Origin: Eledone cirrhosa
Lineage: Eukaryota
Direction: 5' to 3'
DNA length: 64,000 nucleotides
Assembly: GCA_964016885.1 (NCBI GenBank)
Contig: OZ024749.1
Location: forward strand, 19,840,001 to 19,904,000
The notes below the pieces were generated by a model, which was not told where the DNA came from, did not search any database, and saw nothing but the letters and a program-made list of their open reading frames with translations. A program made the position numbers and the translations under genes. Shown here in pieces: positions 28,867 to 42,359 of the stretch. How positions within the stretch are numbered: the stretch's first letter is position 1; every line of letters begins with the position of its first letter.

Positions 28867-29910
28867 TAATCATATTCGTATTTGTCTTATTGATTTTTCT
28901 CAGTAAAACTTTTCTCAAGGTAGGCAATTCTAATTTTATATTGTACAGTTATTTCTCTTCCACAAAGTTATTTCCCTTGAAAATGGGTTTTTTTTAAAAG
29001 AATATTTAAAATGGTTGTCTTGACTGGTTTGATTTATTATTCGATTTTCTATACGATAGAATGGTGTGGATGTATTATAACATGGTTTTAAAGATGGACT
29101 ATTGGTTGATGAATTGTGTCTGAAAATGACCATTGGATGGGCTGTGGTTTGAGACTGACCATTGATTGATAAATTGATGGACTGTGGTCTGAGAGTGTTA
29201 TTTCCATTTACATACCCACACAAAGCAATTACATCCCTATCAAGACCAATACACGGCAGAGAGAGAGAGGGGTGGGGTGGGGGGAAGAGACTCTATTGTC
29301 CAAGGGCAGACAATCCCCTCTAAATAGAGGGGACATGGTAAACAACCCAGTCCATACTGTAAAGTGGGGTGCTGTTAAGGAAGGCATCTAGATGTAGAAG
29401 GCACACTAAGTATAACAACACAAGCAATAACAAAGTTGGCCACTCTTTTCTCACTTGTGATATGTACCACGTGACAGGGGTCTGTATTTGGGGTGTAGCA
29501 CATGATAGGGGTTTGTGGTAGGTGGTATGACAAGAGATTGGAACTCTGGATAACATGACAGTATATAATTATATGTCTTGACTGCTTTGATGAGAGCGTC
29601 CTTAGACAAATGTAAACATGCACACATATGTATATATGAAGAATTTGGGACCCTGCCGGCTGAGTTCCTGCCATTTCAGCAGCTAGATATGATATATATA
29701 TATATATAAGCCATAATGGTGTGGGGGTCCAGTGTGGTTTATTTTGAAGAGTAAAACGAAATATGTACTTTGTGGTGACAAACGAATTTTTTAGGCATTT
29801 GATATATATATATATATATATGTATGTATATAAACATATATATGTATATGTGTATACACACACATATATATATATGTATACGTGTATATATACACACACA
29901 TATATATATG

Positions 29911-29948
<38 letters not shown>

Positions 29949-30077
29949 TATCTATGTATATGACCTCCCTCTTCCACTTTGATGTTTTTGCCTGGTCATA
30001 GTTTCCTTTATTCAAATTACAACTTCACAACACTTCATACAATTTCTCATCACAATTATATATATACACACACAAAT

Positions 30078-30115
<38 letters not shown>

Positions 30116-30689
30116 GAACGGAAAAAATGAAACAAAATTTCATTTCCCACTCTTAGTACGGCTGTTACTAAGTATGTATACGTACATACATATATGTATA
30201 CAGACGTACAGTAGTATGTATATATATATACATACATGCACACATATATATATGTACGTATGGATTCACCGAACATGTATTATAATGCTCGGTGTGTTTG
30301 TAAACAAACATCCCGTATTAAGCCGTAGTGTCCAGCAACCATCGTTGCTCGTTTGTTCAACACTGACAAAGGAACGCTGTAGTAATTTCAAGCTTATTAG
30401 CTATCGCCAGCAACGTATACCTTTCTGCCAGATTGTTGAACGTATATACTTACCTTATGCATATTAACGGCTGAGTAGCCCAATTTGCATATCGAGTGGG
30501 TTAATCGGCCGGGTGCACCGAAAACGATAAACGGAAAAAATGAAACAAAATTTCATTTCCCACTCTTAGTACGGCTGTTACTTAAATATAAGTATGTATA
30601 CGTACATACATATATGTATACGTACATACATATATATATATGTACATACATATATGTATGTATGTACACATATATATATATGTGTGTAG

Positions 30690-30786
<97 letters not shown>

Positions 30787-31169
30787 CATACATACACACA
30801 CATATATATATATATGTGTACATATGTATATACATATATATATATATATATACACACACAGATACATATATCTATGTATGTGTATATTTATGTATATACA
30901 TGGTGGTTGTCTGCTCTTTACAAATCTTGACCTCGTCTTGTACCTATAACTGCTCTGTTCTACCATGTGATCTTAGATAACTTTTAAGCCCTGAAAGAAG
31001 ATCTCACTACAAATACTAGAGCAATGTCTCTCATTTCAGCATTGGTTCCATTATTTGTTTGTTGGGAATGTTCAAGTGCTGCTCCAATCCTGTACATGAC
31101 TTGCAGGTTTTTCTTTTGACAAACATGGCATACATATATAGGTGTATGGGTGTCATATATATAGCCATG

Positions 31170-32425
31170 CACTTTTTGTCGTGACACCTACATGACCACT
31201 TTACAGTGTGGACTGGGGGCCTTTTGTTGTGGCACCAAAACTACTATTTTACAGTGTGGACTGGGCTCCTTTTGTCGTGGCACAAAAACTACCAATTTAC
31301 AGTGTTGGCTGGGCTCCTTTTGTCGTGGCACAAAAACTACCAATTTACAGTGTGGACTGGGGGCCTTTTGTTGTGGCACCAAAACTACCATTTTACAGTG
31401 TGGACTGGGCTCCTTTTGTACCAAAACTACCAATTTACAGTGTGGACTGGGCACCTTTTGTTGTGGCACCAAAACTACCATTTTACAGTGTGGACTGGGC
31501 TCCTTTTGCACCAAAACTACCAATTTACAGTGTGGACTGGGCACCTTTTGTTGTGGCACCAAAACTACCATTTTACAGTGTGGACTGGGCTCCTTTTGCA
31601 CCAAAACTACCAATTTACAGTGTGGACTGGGCACCTTTTGTTGTGGCACCAAAACTACCATTTTACAGTGTGGACTGGGCTCCTTTTGCACCAAAACTAC
31701 CAATTTACAGTGTGGACTGGGCACCTTTTGTTGTGGGACCAAAACTACCATTTTACAGTGTGGACTGGGCTCCTTTTGCACCAAAACTACCAATTTACAG
31801 TGTGGACTGGGGGCCTTTTGTTGTGGCACTAAAACAACAACTTTACTGTGTGGACTGGGCTTCTTTTGTCATGGCACCAAAACAACTACTTTACTGTGTG
31901 GACTGGGCACCTTTTGTCATGGCACCAAAACAACCACTTTACAGTGTAGACTGGGCACCTTTTGTCGTGACACCTACATGACCACTTTACAGTGTGGACT
32001 GGGGGCCTTTTGTCGTGGCGCCAAAAGTACCACTTTACTGTGTGGTCTGGGTACCTTTTGTCGTGACACCTACGTGACCACTTTACAGTGTGGACTGGGG
32101 GCCTTTTGTTGTGGAACCAAAACTACCACTTTACTGTGTGGACTGGAGGCCTTTTGTTGTGGCACCAAAACTACCACTTTACTGTGTGGACTGGGGGCCT
32201 TTTGTTGTGGCACCAAAACTACCACTTTACTGTGTGGACTGGGGGCTTTTTGTTGTGGCACCAAAACTACCACTTTACTGTGTGGACTGGAGGCCTTTTG
32301 TTGTGGCACCAAAACTACCACTTTACTGTGTGGACTGGGGGCCTTTTGTTGTGGCACCAAAACTACCACTTTACTGTGTGGACTGGGGGCCTTTTGTTGT
32401 GGCACCAAAACAACCAGTTTATAGT
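31170..32425. repeat. 39-bp minisatellite (about 30 units, with 39+33 higher-order blocks) expanded from an RTE 3' UTR
   Basis: Unit TTTACAGTGTGGACTGGGGGCCTTTTGTTGTGGCACCAAAACTACCAC-like; the same unit occurs 2-3 times in other RTE tails. Confidence 0.93.
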
Positions 32426-32589
32426 GAGGACTGGGGGCTGAGGTGTTGGAGGTACATGGGGATTGGAGAGTTAGATTTATGGTGGGGCACTTATCTGGTG
32501 GTGGGTGGGTGTGCAGGGAAATGGGTGGAGTGTTGTGATGTGGGAGGTGTATGGAATGGGAGAGGAGGGAGGTGATGTATATAAGATGT

Positions 32590-33995
32590 ATGCTTCAACC
32601 TGTGCACATTGGAAAGCAGATCTTCTGTATTATTGCATAATTCCAGAGATCTTGATCTTGTGTCATTGTCTTGAAGAGGTGCAATTCTTCGTAAGTCTTC
32701 CTACTCTGAGCGCCCGGCACCTTTTTATACAGCTGTTATCCTTCATAGGCATCACATGGCCATACCTATGCAATCTTCTCTCTTGCAAACTGTACACAGA
32801 ACAAGGCTATTTCCCCGAGGGGATCAGGGCTCTGTTTTCCTTTCTTCTTACTAGGACTTTGGTTTTTGCCATGTTGATTTTAAGACCTTTAGATTTTAGG
32901 CATTGCTTCCAGATTTGGAATTTCTTCTCTAGTTCTGTCATAAAGTTAGATCATCTGCAATCAGAAGTTTCCATGAGCAGCCAGTCTTAAACTCTTCTGT
33001 TATAGCCTGCAGAATGATAATAAACAGGAGAGGGCTAGAGACAGAGCCCTGATGGACTCCTACTTCCACACTAAATTCTTCACTATAGTCATTATTAATT
33101 CTAACTTTGCTGACTGTTCCTCTATACATGGTTTGTACTGCCCTCACTAGCCACTCATCTACTCCTAGTTTTCTAAGCATCCACCAGATTATGGATGGGG
33201 GACTCTGTCAAAAGCTTTTTCCATCTCAATAAATGTCAATTAGAGGAGTTTACTTTCAACTAGGTATTTCAGATGTAGTTGCCTCACAAGGAAGAGGCCA
33301 TCAGTGGTAATTTTATCTTGCACAAATCCAAACTGCATCTCATCTGGATTAACTCAGTCCCTAATCAGCTGTGGAATAACTCTTTCTGTAACCTTCATTA
33401 CCTAGTCAATCAACTTGATGCCTCTATAGTTTTCTCTGAGTAGACCATTTCTTTTGCCCTTGAAGCAGTTGATGATGATGTTGTTGCTACTCCTGTCTTT
33501 GAGTATAACCCCATTTTGGTTTACTATACGGGTGACTATGGTGTGTCCCGCCATCTCAGACACTTTTAGTATCTCAGTAACTCTCTCTGAAGGTCCAGCT
33601 GCTTTGCCTATCTTCATATACTTGATTGTCTTACTACTGCTGACTCATACAGCTGGTCTCTCTGTTGGGTTTACTTGGAGCAAACTATCTTCTTCCCATG
33701 CACTCTGCTCATTTAGTAGTCTTTCATGGTGGCACTTTCATAGTGCTACCTTCTTTTCAGCGTCAGTGAGGGCAAGTACACCATTATCATCTTGGATACA
33801 CTTCTCTCCGTCAACATCATAAATTTCCCTGACACACTGCCTTGAAATCCTGAACACCTCATGCCTTTGGTCCTCGTATTGGGGAACGTGTTTAATTTTT
33901 TTATTTTCTGCCTCCCTTCTTGCAAAGTACACTTGTCACCTAGCTTCTCTCCTAGCAGCCTGGTAGTGTTCTCTACTCCCCCTTTCTGCCAATAT
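32590..33995 (-). mobile_element. Decayed RTE LINE (RT region)
   Basis: GKAAGPS, NYRGIKL, EVGVHQGSVSSPLLF, ADDL; many disruptions. Confidence 0.88.
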
Positions 33996-34033
33996 ACATG
34001 TATTTATATGAATATGTTTATGTGTGTGTGTAA

Positions 34034-34089
<56 letters not shown>

Positions 34090-34437
34090 AGGCACATGGC
34101 TTAGTGGTTAGAGCATTGGCTTTGCAATCGAAAGGTTGTGAGTTCAATTCTCAGACCGGGCGATGTGTTGTTTCCTTGAGCAAGATACTTTATTTCACAT
34201 TGCTCCAGTTTACTCAGCTGCAGAAATGAGATGATAGAGACTGGGGTCCTTATCATTCCACTGTAAAAGTGGTCGTGGAGGTGCCACGGCAAAAATGCAC
34301 TCAGCACTCACTGTAAATGAGGTTGGTGGTAGGAAGGGCATCCAGCTGTAGAAATCGAGCCAGAATCAGTTCCCGTCCCACCCTTGCAAGCAGGGAAAAG
34401 TGGACGTAAAATGAAATGATATATATATACGGGGTTA

Positions 34438-34889
34438 TAGGGTGCAGCATAAATACTGTTACAAAATATCAAGTGGGTTTAATTCATGATATTAATTACT
34501 TTGTTATTGATCTTATTGCTTGAATATTAACCTAATCTTATAAACTAACTATTTTTGCGGGTTATATAAGGATTCATTGCAGAAATGTCCTTATTATTGA
34601 AAAGAAAATTTATAATTGATCAGCATGAGAAAAGGAAAACTCCATCTCAGATTTTTAAAGCTGGGAAACAGCTTGGAATTAACAGAATGCTCATCAAAAG
34701 GACCTTTGATCACTTCAAAGAAACTTCCTCAACAAAAGACAAGCCAAGATCAGGACATCCTTGCACCTTCAGGACATCAAAACTCATAAAAAATGTGTGT
34801 GGGAATATCCCGCACCACAATATTGATACAATAAATAATTCAGGAGTTATAAGCATTTTATTTTGTAACAGTATTTATGCTGCACACAA
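34438..34889 (+). mobile_element. Internally deleted Tc1/mariner (maT-like) element
   Basis: TIR GTGCAGCATAAATACTGTTACAAAATA (34442) with reverse complement at 34859-34885; HTH fragment KTPSQIFK..DKPRSGHPCTFRT. Confidence 0.85.
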
Positions 34890-35199
34890 ATATAGTTTGC
34901 TAATATGTTGTGGAACTAACTTTATACTGAACTCGTCCTAAGGACTGAGTGCTTTACTTCCTATCGATATAACCTCCCAGTGTTCTACCACTATATATAC
35001 ATATATGTAAATATATTTGTATGTATCATCATCATCATCATCATCGTCATTTTATGTCCACTTTTCCCTGCTTGCAAGGGTGGGACGGGAACTGATTCTG
35101 GCTTAATTTCTACAGCTGGATGCCCTTCCTAACACCAACCTCATTTACAGTGAGTGGTCGGTGCTTTTTTTCCGTGGCACCTACACGCCCACTTTACAG

Positions 35200-38100
35200 A
35201 CAACAACAACACCAACACCAAGGAAAATACGAATAATATCTACATCAGTGACAACAACAATAACAGCAATAATGACAACACCACCAACACGGATAATTCC
35301 ACAAAGAAACCAAAATCTCCTTTGCACAGACAGTTCAGAAAAAGGAGGAACTGACATATCTTGACATAACAAATGCCGAACAACTTTTAAAGGACGCTAG
35401 GAGATATGTCACTTTCGAAAAGAATGGTGTTTTCAGCATCAATTCTCCGGTAGAAATCCGCAAGGAAACTGCTCTCAAAACGATAGTTTTTAGGAGAGTT
35501 TCCAATTCTACCCGAAAACCAGTCCAATTGTCACAGAAAGAAATTGAACTGGTTTTCAAAAATTCAATGAATGATATTTCATTCATTCAAAGAAGCAAAC
35601 TCTTTGGGAGTATTTTGGTACTCATGAAGGATCAATTGACGGCCCAAAATTACTCTGTGTCGCCAATTGTATCCAAATTGTATACCTTTTTCCCTACATA
35701 CATGGGAAAAAGGACACAAAAGATTAAAATTACGAGTGTCACACCAAAGGTGAACATATGGTGGATGCTGTGCGGCTTCATCAATTTTGATGAAGACAGA
35801 ATACTGTCAGTAGGAAAGTCCCCCAGAGATGTATTCAATGGGACTAGCATTGAAGTTCTGGTGCAAATGAGCCCAGAGCGAATAGCTATGATCCCACAAC
35901 GTGTACTCCTGGACGGACTCACCTACATAAACTTTTCGGTTGAGGGTAGGCAGCCTTCATGTTACCACTGCTTTAGCAGGGGTCACCTGAGGGCTTCCTG
36001 TCCTAAATTAATGAGTCAAAAAAGGCTCTTCTGCCGACACCCATCAAAACAACACAACCACCAACACCACCACAACAACAACATCACCAACACACAAAAA
36101 TAACCACAACAAACACAGTCCCATCTAAAACCACTTCAAAATCACATACAGACACAACAGCTCCCCAAGACATACCCCTCCCCAATCACACAGACGATAC
36201 AACAGATGAGGCTATCTCGCCATCACCCAGTGAAGACGAGGGAGAACCCCATCGCTCGAAAAGAAAGAAAAGACATCACAAAAGCAAAAAACCAGCAAAC
36301 ACTACCACAAACAACAAAAACATCACAAACAAAACCCCACCTCCTGAAAACAAAATACCTACAACAAAACGAAAGCACACACAAGAACTACAGACAAAAA
36401 CAAACACAACACAAGAAAATTACACTTACACTTACATAAACACTGAAAACAAAACACTAATGGAGACCATCACGAACAACCCTTCGGTGAAAACTGAAGG
36501 GAAAACTTTCGCCCACTCTATTAAAAATAACAAAAAACTGAACCTAAAACTGATTAGGGTCCCTATACAAACTTATAGGTCCCTAAAAGAAACATTTGAA
36601 AAGGATGTGGGGAATTCCTGCGTGAAACCACTTAACCACGTCCTTCTCAAATGTCTCCCCACCCCAGACACCCCCATCCCACCAGCCCCCACCCCACCAA
36701 ACATCTCCGTCCCCACCCCGCTGGAAACCACCACCCACCCAGACAACCCCTCCAACACCCCCATGGAAATCGTGCAGCCTGGTCCCCAGGAGACGAAGGG
36801 TGAGTGATCTCTTTTCCTCTTTTAACTTTTCAGCACCAACATGGCCAATATAAGAGTTGGATGTGTGAACGTACGCGGCCAGGTTGCACAGTATGGATGT
36901 AGTAGCCATTTGCGAGTCCAGGATCCACAACGAGCGACAGCTAGCCCCCATCTTCGATGACTTTGAGATCTACGCATCTCTCTGTCGGCCAGGGGGTGGG
37001 GCGGGGTTGCCGTTTTGCTGTGAAAACACCTGGGCCTCGTAACACAAATGGTACATCTGGACCCGGAGGGTCGACTGGTGGTCCTAGACGTTGATGGTAG
37101 TGAAGGTGGAGCCTTCAGGCTGGTGGCTGCATATGCCCCATCCGGGACACCGCGGCCAGACTTCTTCAAACGTCTAGAGACTTTTCTGGGAACGTCCCGC
37201 TCCTTGTTTTTAGTGGGGGACTGGAATGGAATCCTAGATGCACGTTGGGACTATGTGGGAGCATGTCCTGATAAAGGGTGGTGTAACAGCCTCAAACAGT
37301 TAATCGACCGATTTGACCTGGCCGATAGATATCGACTAGATTTTCCGACTGTGCCACTGTGGACGTGGACTAATCGCAGCGGAACATCTAGATCGTACCT
37401 AGATAGGGTTCTAGTTAGAAATAAGGATAGGGACATGTTAAGCTGTCCACAAATGTTCATGGTTGCCTATTCAGATCACAAACTAGTGACCTGCATGGCC
37501 AACCTTGATAGAACCCATAGACAAGGACCCGGCTACTGGAAGCTGAACTTGTCGTTACCGACAAGCAAAGCCTACAGTAGACGGATTAGCACTTTAGTTA
37601 AACAGCACTTGACAGGGGCCATTGTCAACAACAGATGGTGGTACTCTCTCAAGAGGGCAGTTAGATTAGACTCGTTAGTTTTTAGTAAAGAATTAGCGTT
37701 AGATAGAAATAGAACCGAGAAGGAACTGGTAGATAAAGTAGAATAGGCAATTAGAAGTGGCAACGTAGCCAGCGTGCTAGCAACGAGAACGGCCTTGGAC
37801 CAGTTCTTCGACGCAAAGCACGAGGGCTGCGTTGTTAGAAGCAAAATACGTGCTCTGGGAAACGAGGGAGCCAAAGCTGTTAGCTGGGCCCGAGTGACGG
37901 AGGCAAAAAGTGGCAACAAGTCCACGATTCGGTCTTTGAAGGACCAAAACGACACGTCATACGTGAGCCGAAGCAGATGTGTGCGGCCTTTCAGCGGCAC
38001 TTTGCTGAACTGTTCGGGGGAGGGGGCGGCGCGCCAGGAGAGGCTATGGATTTCGGTCCATACCTCGACGGCCTACCGCGACTCTCGGACAGCGAGGCAA

Positions 38101-40445
38101 AGTTCTGCGAAAAGCCGATTTCAGCCGCTGAGATAGGGGACGCGCTGAGCCAATGCGGCAAACGCAAGTCTCCAGGTCTCGACGGTCTACCCTACGAATT
38201 TTACGTAGCAATGCTGGACTTATTCTCCGGTCTCCTGGAAGCGGTCTACTGCAACTGGCGACAGAATGGGAGAATTCCCAGTTCTCTGACCAGAGGCATA
38301 GTCACACTAGTCAGGAAGGACGAGAATAAGGGGGATGACATAGGCAACTTCCGGCCCATAACTCTGCTAAACACCGAGTTACAGATTTTGGCCAAGGTGT
38401 TGGCAAAGAGGCTGGCGCTTGTCGTCGGGAACCTGGTGGGAGAAGCACAGACATGCGCAATCCCGACCAGGTCCATACATGACAACCTCCACCTCATGCG
38501 ATACATCATAGAGAGGGTAGGGTGTAAACCCGGCTTCGGTGGGGACCTGATCAACTTGGATCAGTCTAAGGCTTTCGATAGGGTTGACCATCGTTACCTG
38601 GATGCGGTACTTGAGGCGGCAGGCTTCGAACCCGTGTTCAGGGGCTGGATTGCTGCAATGCACAACAGCAACATCTACTCAAGGGTCAAGGTGAACGGCT
38701 ACCTCTCGGAGCCGTTCCATATTACGCGATCCATTCGACAGGGATGCCCTCTTTCCTCCCTTCTGTACGTACTGACTCTCGAGCCACTACTGCGGAAGTT
38801 GGAGCTATTGCAGGGCATCCCTCTGGAACCGGGACTGCGGAAGCGGCGTCGGCCTAAGCCGACGACGTCGCAGTAATGGTGTTGAGCGCCTCGCAAATTG
38901 AAGAAGTCGGCACCTTACTGAAGGAATATGAAAGTTTCACATGAGCGAAGCTGAACCGGGACAAGTCCATCGGTTTGCAACTCGGATCGTGGAGAGACAA
39001 ACTGATGCCTTCCGATGGCGTCATCGGACGCTAGACGGAAGGACCGGTAAAGCTGCTCGGGGTCTGGTTTGGTCCAGACCTCCAGGTGGAGAAGAACTGG
39101 AACGAAGTGATGGCCAAGGTGTTTGCACTCACCCAGAAGTGGGCCAAGTGCAAACTATCTTTGAAAGGTCGAGTGGAGGTGGCGAACACTTTTATAGCGT
39201 CCGCCATCTACTACCGCTTGACCGTCGTGCCTTGTCCAACCAAAACGCTCACCAAAATGGAGCGCGCGCTCTTCCAATTCCTTTGGAAGAGGCGGGCTCC
39301 TTTGGTGAGAAGATCCATCTGCTGCCAACACCCTTCTAACGGAGGGCTGGGGATGCCGTGGTTGACGATGCACAAACACGCGCTCAGGCTGCAACATCTC
39401 TACGTATACCTCACCAGACAACCGGTGTGAGCCCCGTTTGTGAGGCGAGCCTTCCCACGACTCGTCTCGCTGATCGAGCTGCAGTCCTGGGTCAAGCAAA
39501 GACTGAGGAAAATGGGCGACTGGCACATCGAATGTGCTCAGGCGCTCAGCCCTCTGGCAGGCGGACCCGGTGATCAGTGGAGACCCCACTTCGTCATTCT
39601 ATAGAGGGTTGATCCGCAGCAAGTGCGACGATGCGCTCGGTGAAACTCTAGGCGTAGAGGAAGATGAACTGGCCAGTCTGTTCGGTAGGACCTTCCGCCC
39701 GGGACCGATGGACAACTTCCAAAAGTCCCTGGCTTGGCAGTGCTACCGAGGAGCTCTACAGACATGGGCGCCCGGGCAGGGACCCTGCAAAAAAGATCTG
39801 TCCGAGGTGCGTGCGAGACGAAGAAACCGTCGCTCTCACATTCATACACTGCCCGGGCGTCACTGACCTGTGGGGCTATGTTGAACGACTATTGTCGCGG
39901 GTGGGACCAATCTGGTTGACCACCGAGTCCATTGTCATGATCAAACCGCCACCCTCCTTCAAAAACGAAGGAGAGGCGGTTTTCCTTTGTGTGATAGCTA
40001 TGGCGAAAGAGGTTGTATGGTGGACAAGGTTGAAAGGGCTGAGGTCAGACACCTTTCTCTCCGGCCAACAACTGATTCTTTTTTTCAAATACCACTGTGG
40101 AAGAAGAATCAGGATGGAGAGAGAGGTGCTGTACCCCAGCAAGTTTTATGAAAGGTGGGTGAAAGTGACGAGAATGGCCCGAGTGAATGGGCCTTCTCTT
40201 TATATCAGCCTGTAGGTTGAGGAAAAGGAGAAGGAGAGGAAAGGAGTACAAACTCTTCGTACTCCTGGTTGCACATTTTTTCGGGGGTATGTGTTACCCA
40301 TATAAACTGTCTCTCCCTATTGGGGAAAATCGACTAATTTTTAAATTGCATTTGTGATAACATTTTACACGTTTTTATTGTATGTAAACTTCCCCCTTTG
40401 TATTTGTCCCCTTCTTTTGTGCCCCTGAGGCTAATAAAGAAACAT
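35200..40445 (+). mobile_element. Near full-length L1/Tx1-clade LINE, disrupted (ORF1 with CCHC knuckle; ORF2 APE-RT-zinc finger)
   Basis: ORF1 VEGRQPSCYHCFSRGHLRASC; ORF2 from 36841 MANIRVGCVNVRG, GDWN, SYLDRV, SDH, GYWKLN, KSPGLDGLPYEFY, NFRPITLLN, LDQSKAFDRVDH, RQGCPLS, CPRC..ET..HC; AATAAA at 40433. Confidence 0.93.
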
Positions 40446-40499
40446 ATCTATATCCCTCTCTCTGACTGTCTGAAAATGAGTATGTCTGCCCACCCCATA

Positions 40500-40830
40500 C
40501 CATTTGTCTCCACCAACACCACCACTGCTACCACCCCAACCACCAACATCACCACCATTGCCACCACAACTAACCACCACCACTAGCACTTCCGCTGCCA
40601 CCACTTCTACCACCACCACTATCACCACCACTGCCATAACTGCTACCACCATCACCATCATCACTACCACCACCTCTACCAACACCAACACTACTACTAC
40701 TACCTCTACCACCACCAACACTACCACCACCACCACCTCTACCAACATCACCACCAACACTACTACTACCTCTACCACCACCAACACCACCATCACCACC
40801 ATCACTACCACCACCTCTACCAGCACCAAC
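40500..40830. repeat. (ACC/ACT/AAC)n trinucleotide repeat
   Basis: Poly-Thr and poly-Val ORFs are artefacts. Confidence 0.9.
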
Positions 40831-41322
40831 ACTACCGCCACCAACACTACCACTACCTCTACATTGTGGTAACAACAACACTACCGCCACCAACACTACC
40901 ACTACCTCTACATTGTGGTAACAACAACACTACCGCCACCAACACTACCACTACCTCTACATTGTGGTAACAACAACACTACCGCCACCAACACTACCAC
41001 TACCTCTACATTGTGGTAACAACAACACTACCGCCACCAACACTACCACTACCTCTACATTGTGGTAACAACAACACTACCGCCACCAACACTACCACTA
41101 CCTCTACATTGTGGTAACAACAACACTACCGCCACCAACACTACCACTACCTCTACATTGTGGTAACAACAACACTACCGCCACCAACACTACCACTACC
41201 TCTACATTGTGGTAACAACAACACTACCGCCACCAACACTACCACTACCTCTACATTGTGGTAACAACAACACTACCGCCACCAACACTACCACTACCTC
41301 TACATTGTGGTAACAACAACAA
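40831..41322. repeat. 49-bp minisatellite, 10 copies
   Basis: ACATTGTGGT recurs at 40861, 40910, 40959 ... 41302 (period 49). Confidence 0.95.
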
Positions 41323-41443
41323 CAACTAAGTTATATTTATAATGTGCAATGATTTCATACAAGACAGGTTTCTGTCATCACTTCCACCCTCACCCTGCCC
41401 TCCACTGTTTACACACACTGTGTATGTGTAGACAGTGAGAGTA

Positions 41444-41519
<76 letters not shown>

Positions 41520-41590
41520 AATATATTTATATAAATACAGATACATGTGTGTGTGTGTGTGTGTGCATGTATAAATACATATATATGTGT

Positions 41591-41623
<33 letters not shown>

Positions 41624-41631
41624 TTGTGTCA

Positions 41632-41678
<47 letters not shown>

Positions 41679-42359
41679 CATACAGATATACAGGCATATA
41701 CATATATATATATTTACATGTATGCATACACACACTCTTGGATGCATACATAATATACCCTTTGAAATATGTACATAAACAAATACACACACTCTCAAAT
41801 GTACTCTCTCACACACACACACACATAGATACACACACACACACACATATATATATACACAGCAACACACATATATATATATATATACATTCCTGATATA
41901 AAGATGTATATCAAAATTGCTAATTGGTTTGGAATGTAAAATTCATGGTGAAAAATGAAATAACTTATAACTTGTTGACACTTATGACTGAATATGTATG
42001 AATATGTGTGTAAGTGTGTGTGTGTCTCTGTGTGTCTGTATGTGTGTGTCTGTCTGTGTGTATCTGTATGTCTATGTATCTGTGTGTGTCTATGTGTATT
42101 TATGTATGCGTCTTTGTGTGATATGTGCATTGTGTCTGTGTTTGCATTTATGTTTTCGTACTTGTATATCGTGTGTGTGTGTATGTATATGTGTGTATGT
42201 ATATATATATATGTGTATGTGTGTGTGCCTGTGTCCCAATTAACAGGAATTCAGTGTGTGTGTGTGTGTGTGGAAAAGTATACATAAATATACATGTGTG
42301 TATATATATCATCGGCATCACTATTTTATATCTGTTTTCCATGCTGGCATGGGTTGGAC

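Noticed and set aside
28936-29223. Possible further METTL4 exon
   Set aside because: The ORF is on the wrong strand, the plus strand has stops, and there is no convincing similarity
31170-32425. CRISPR-like array or Cys-rich repeat protein
   Set aside because: No unique spacers and no cas genes; eukaryotic context; the unit derives from an RTE 3' UTR
40504-40872. Mucin-like Thr-rich protein
   Set aside because: Trinucleotide repeat with no splice or signal-peptide support; the adjacent 49-bp unit breaks the frame
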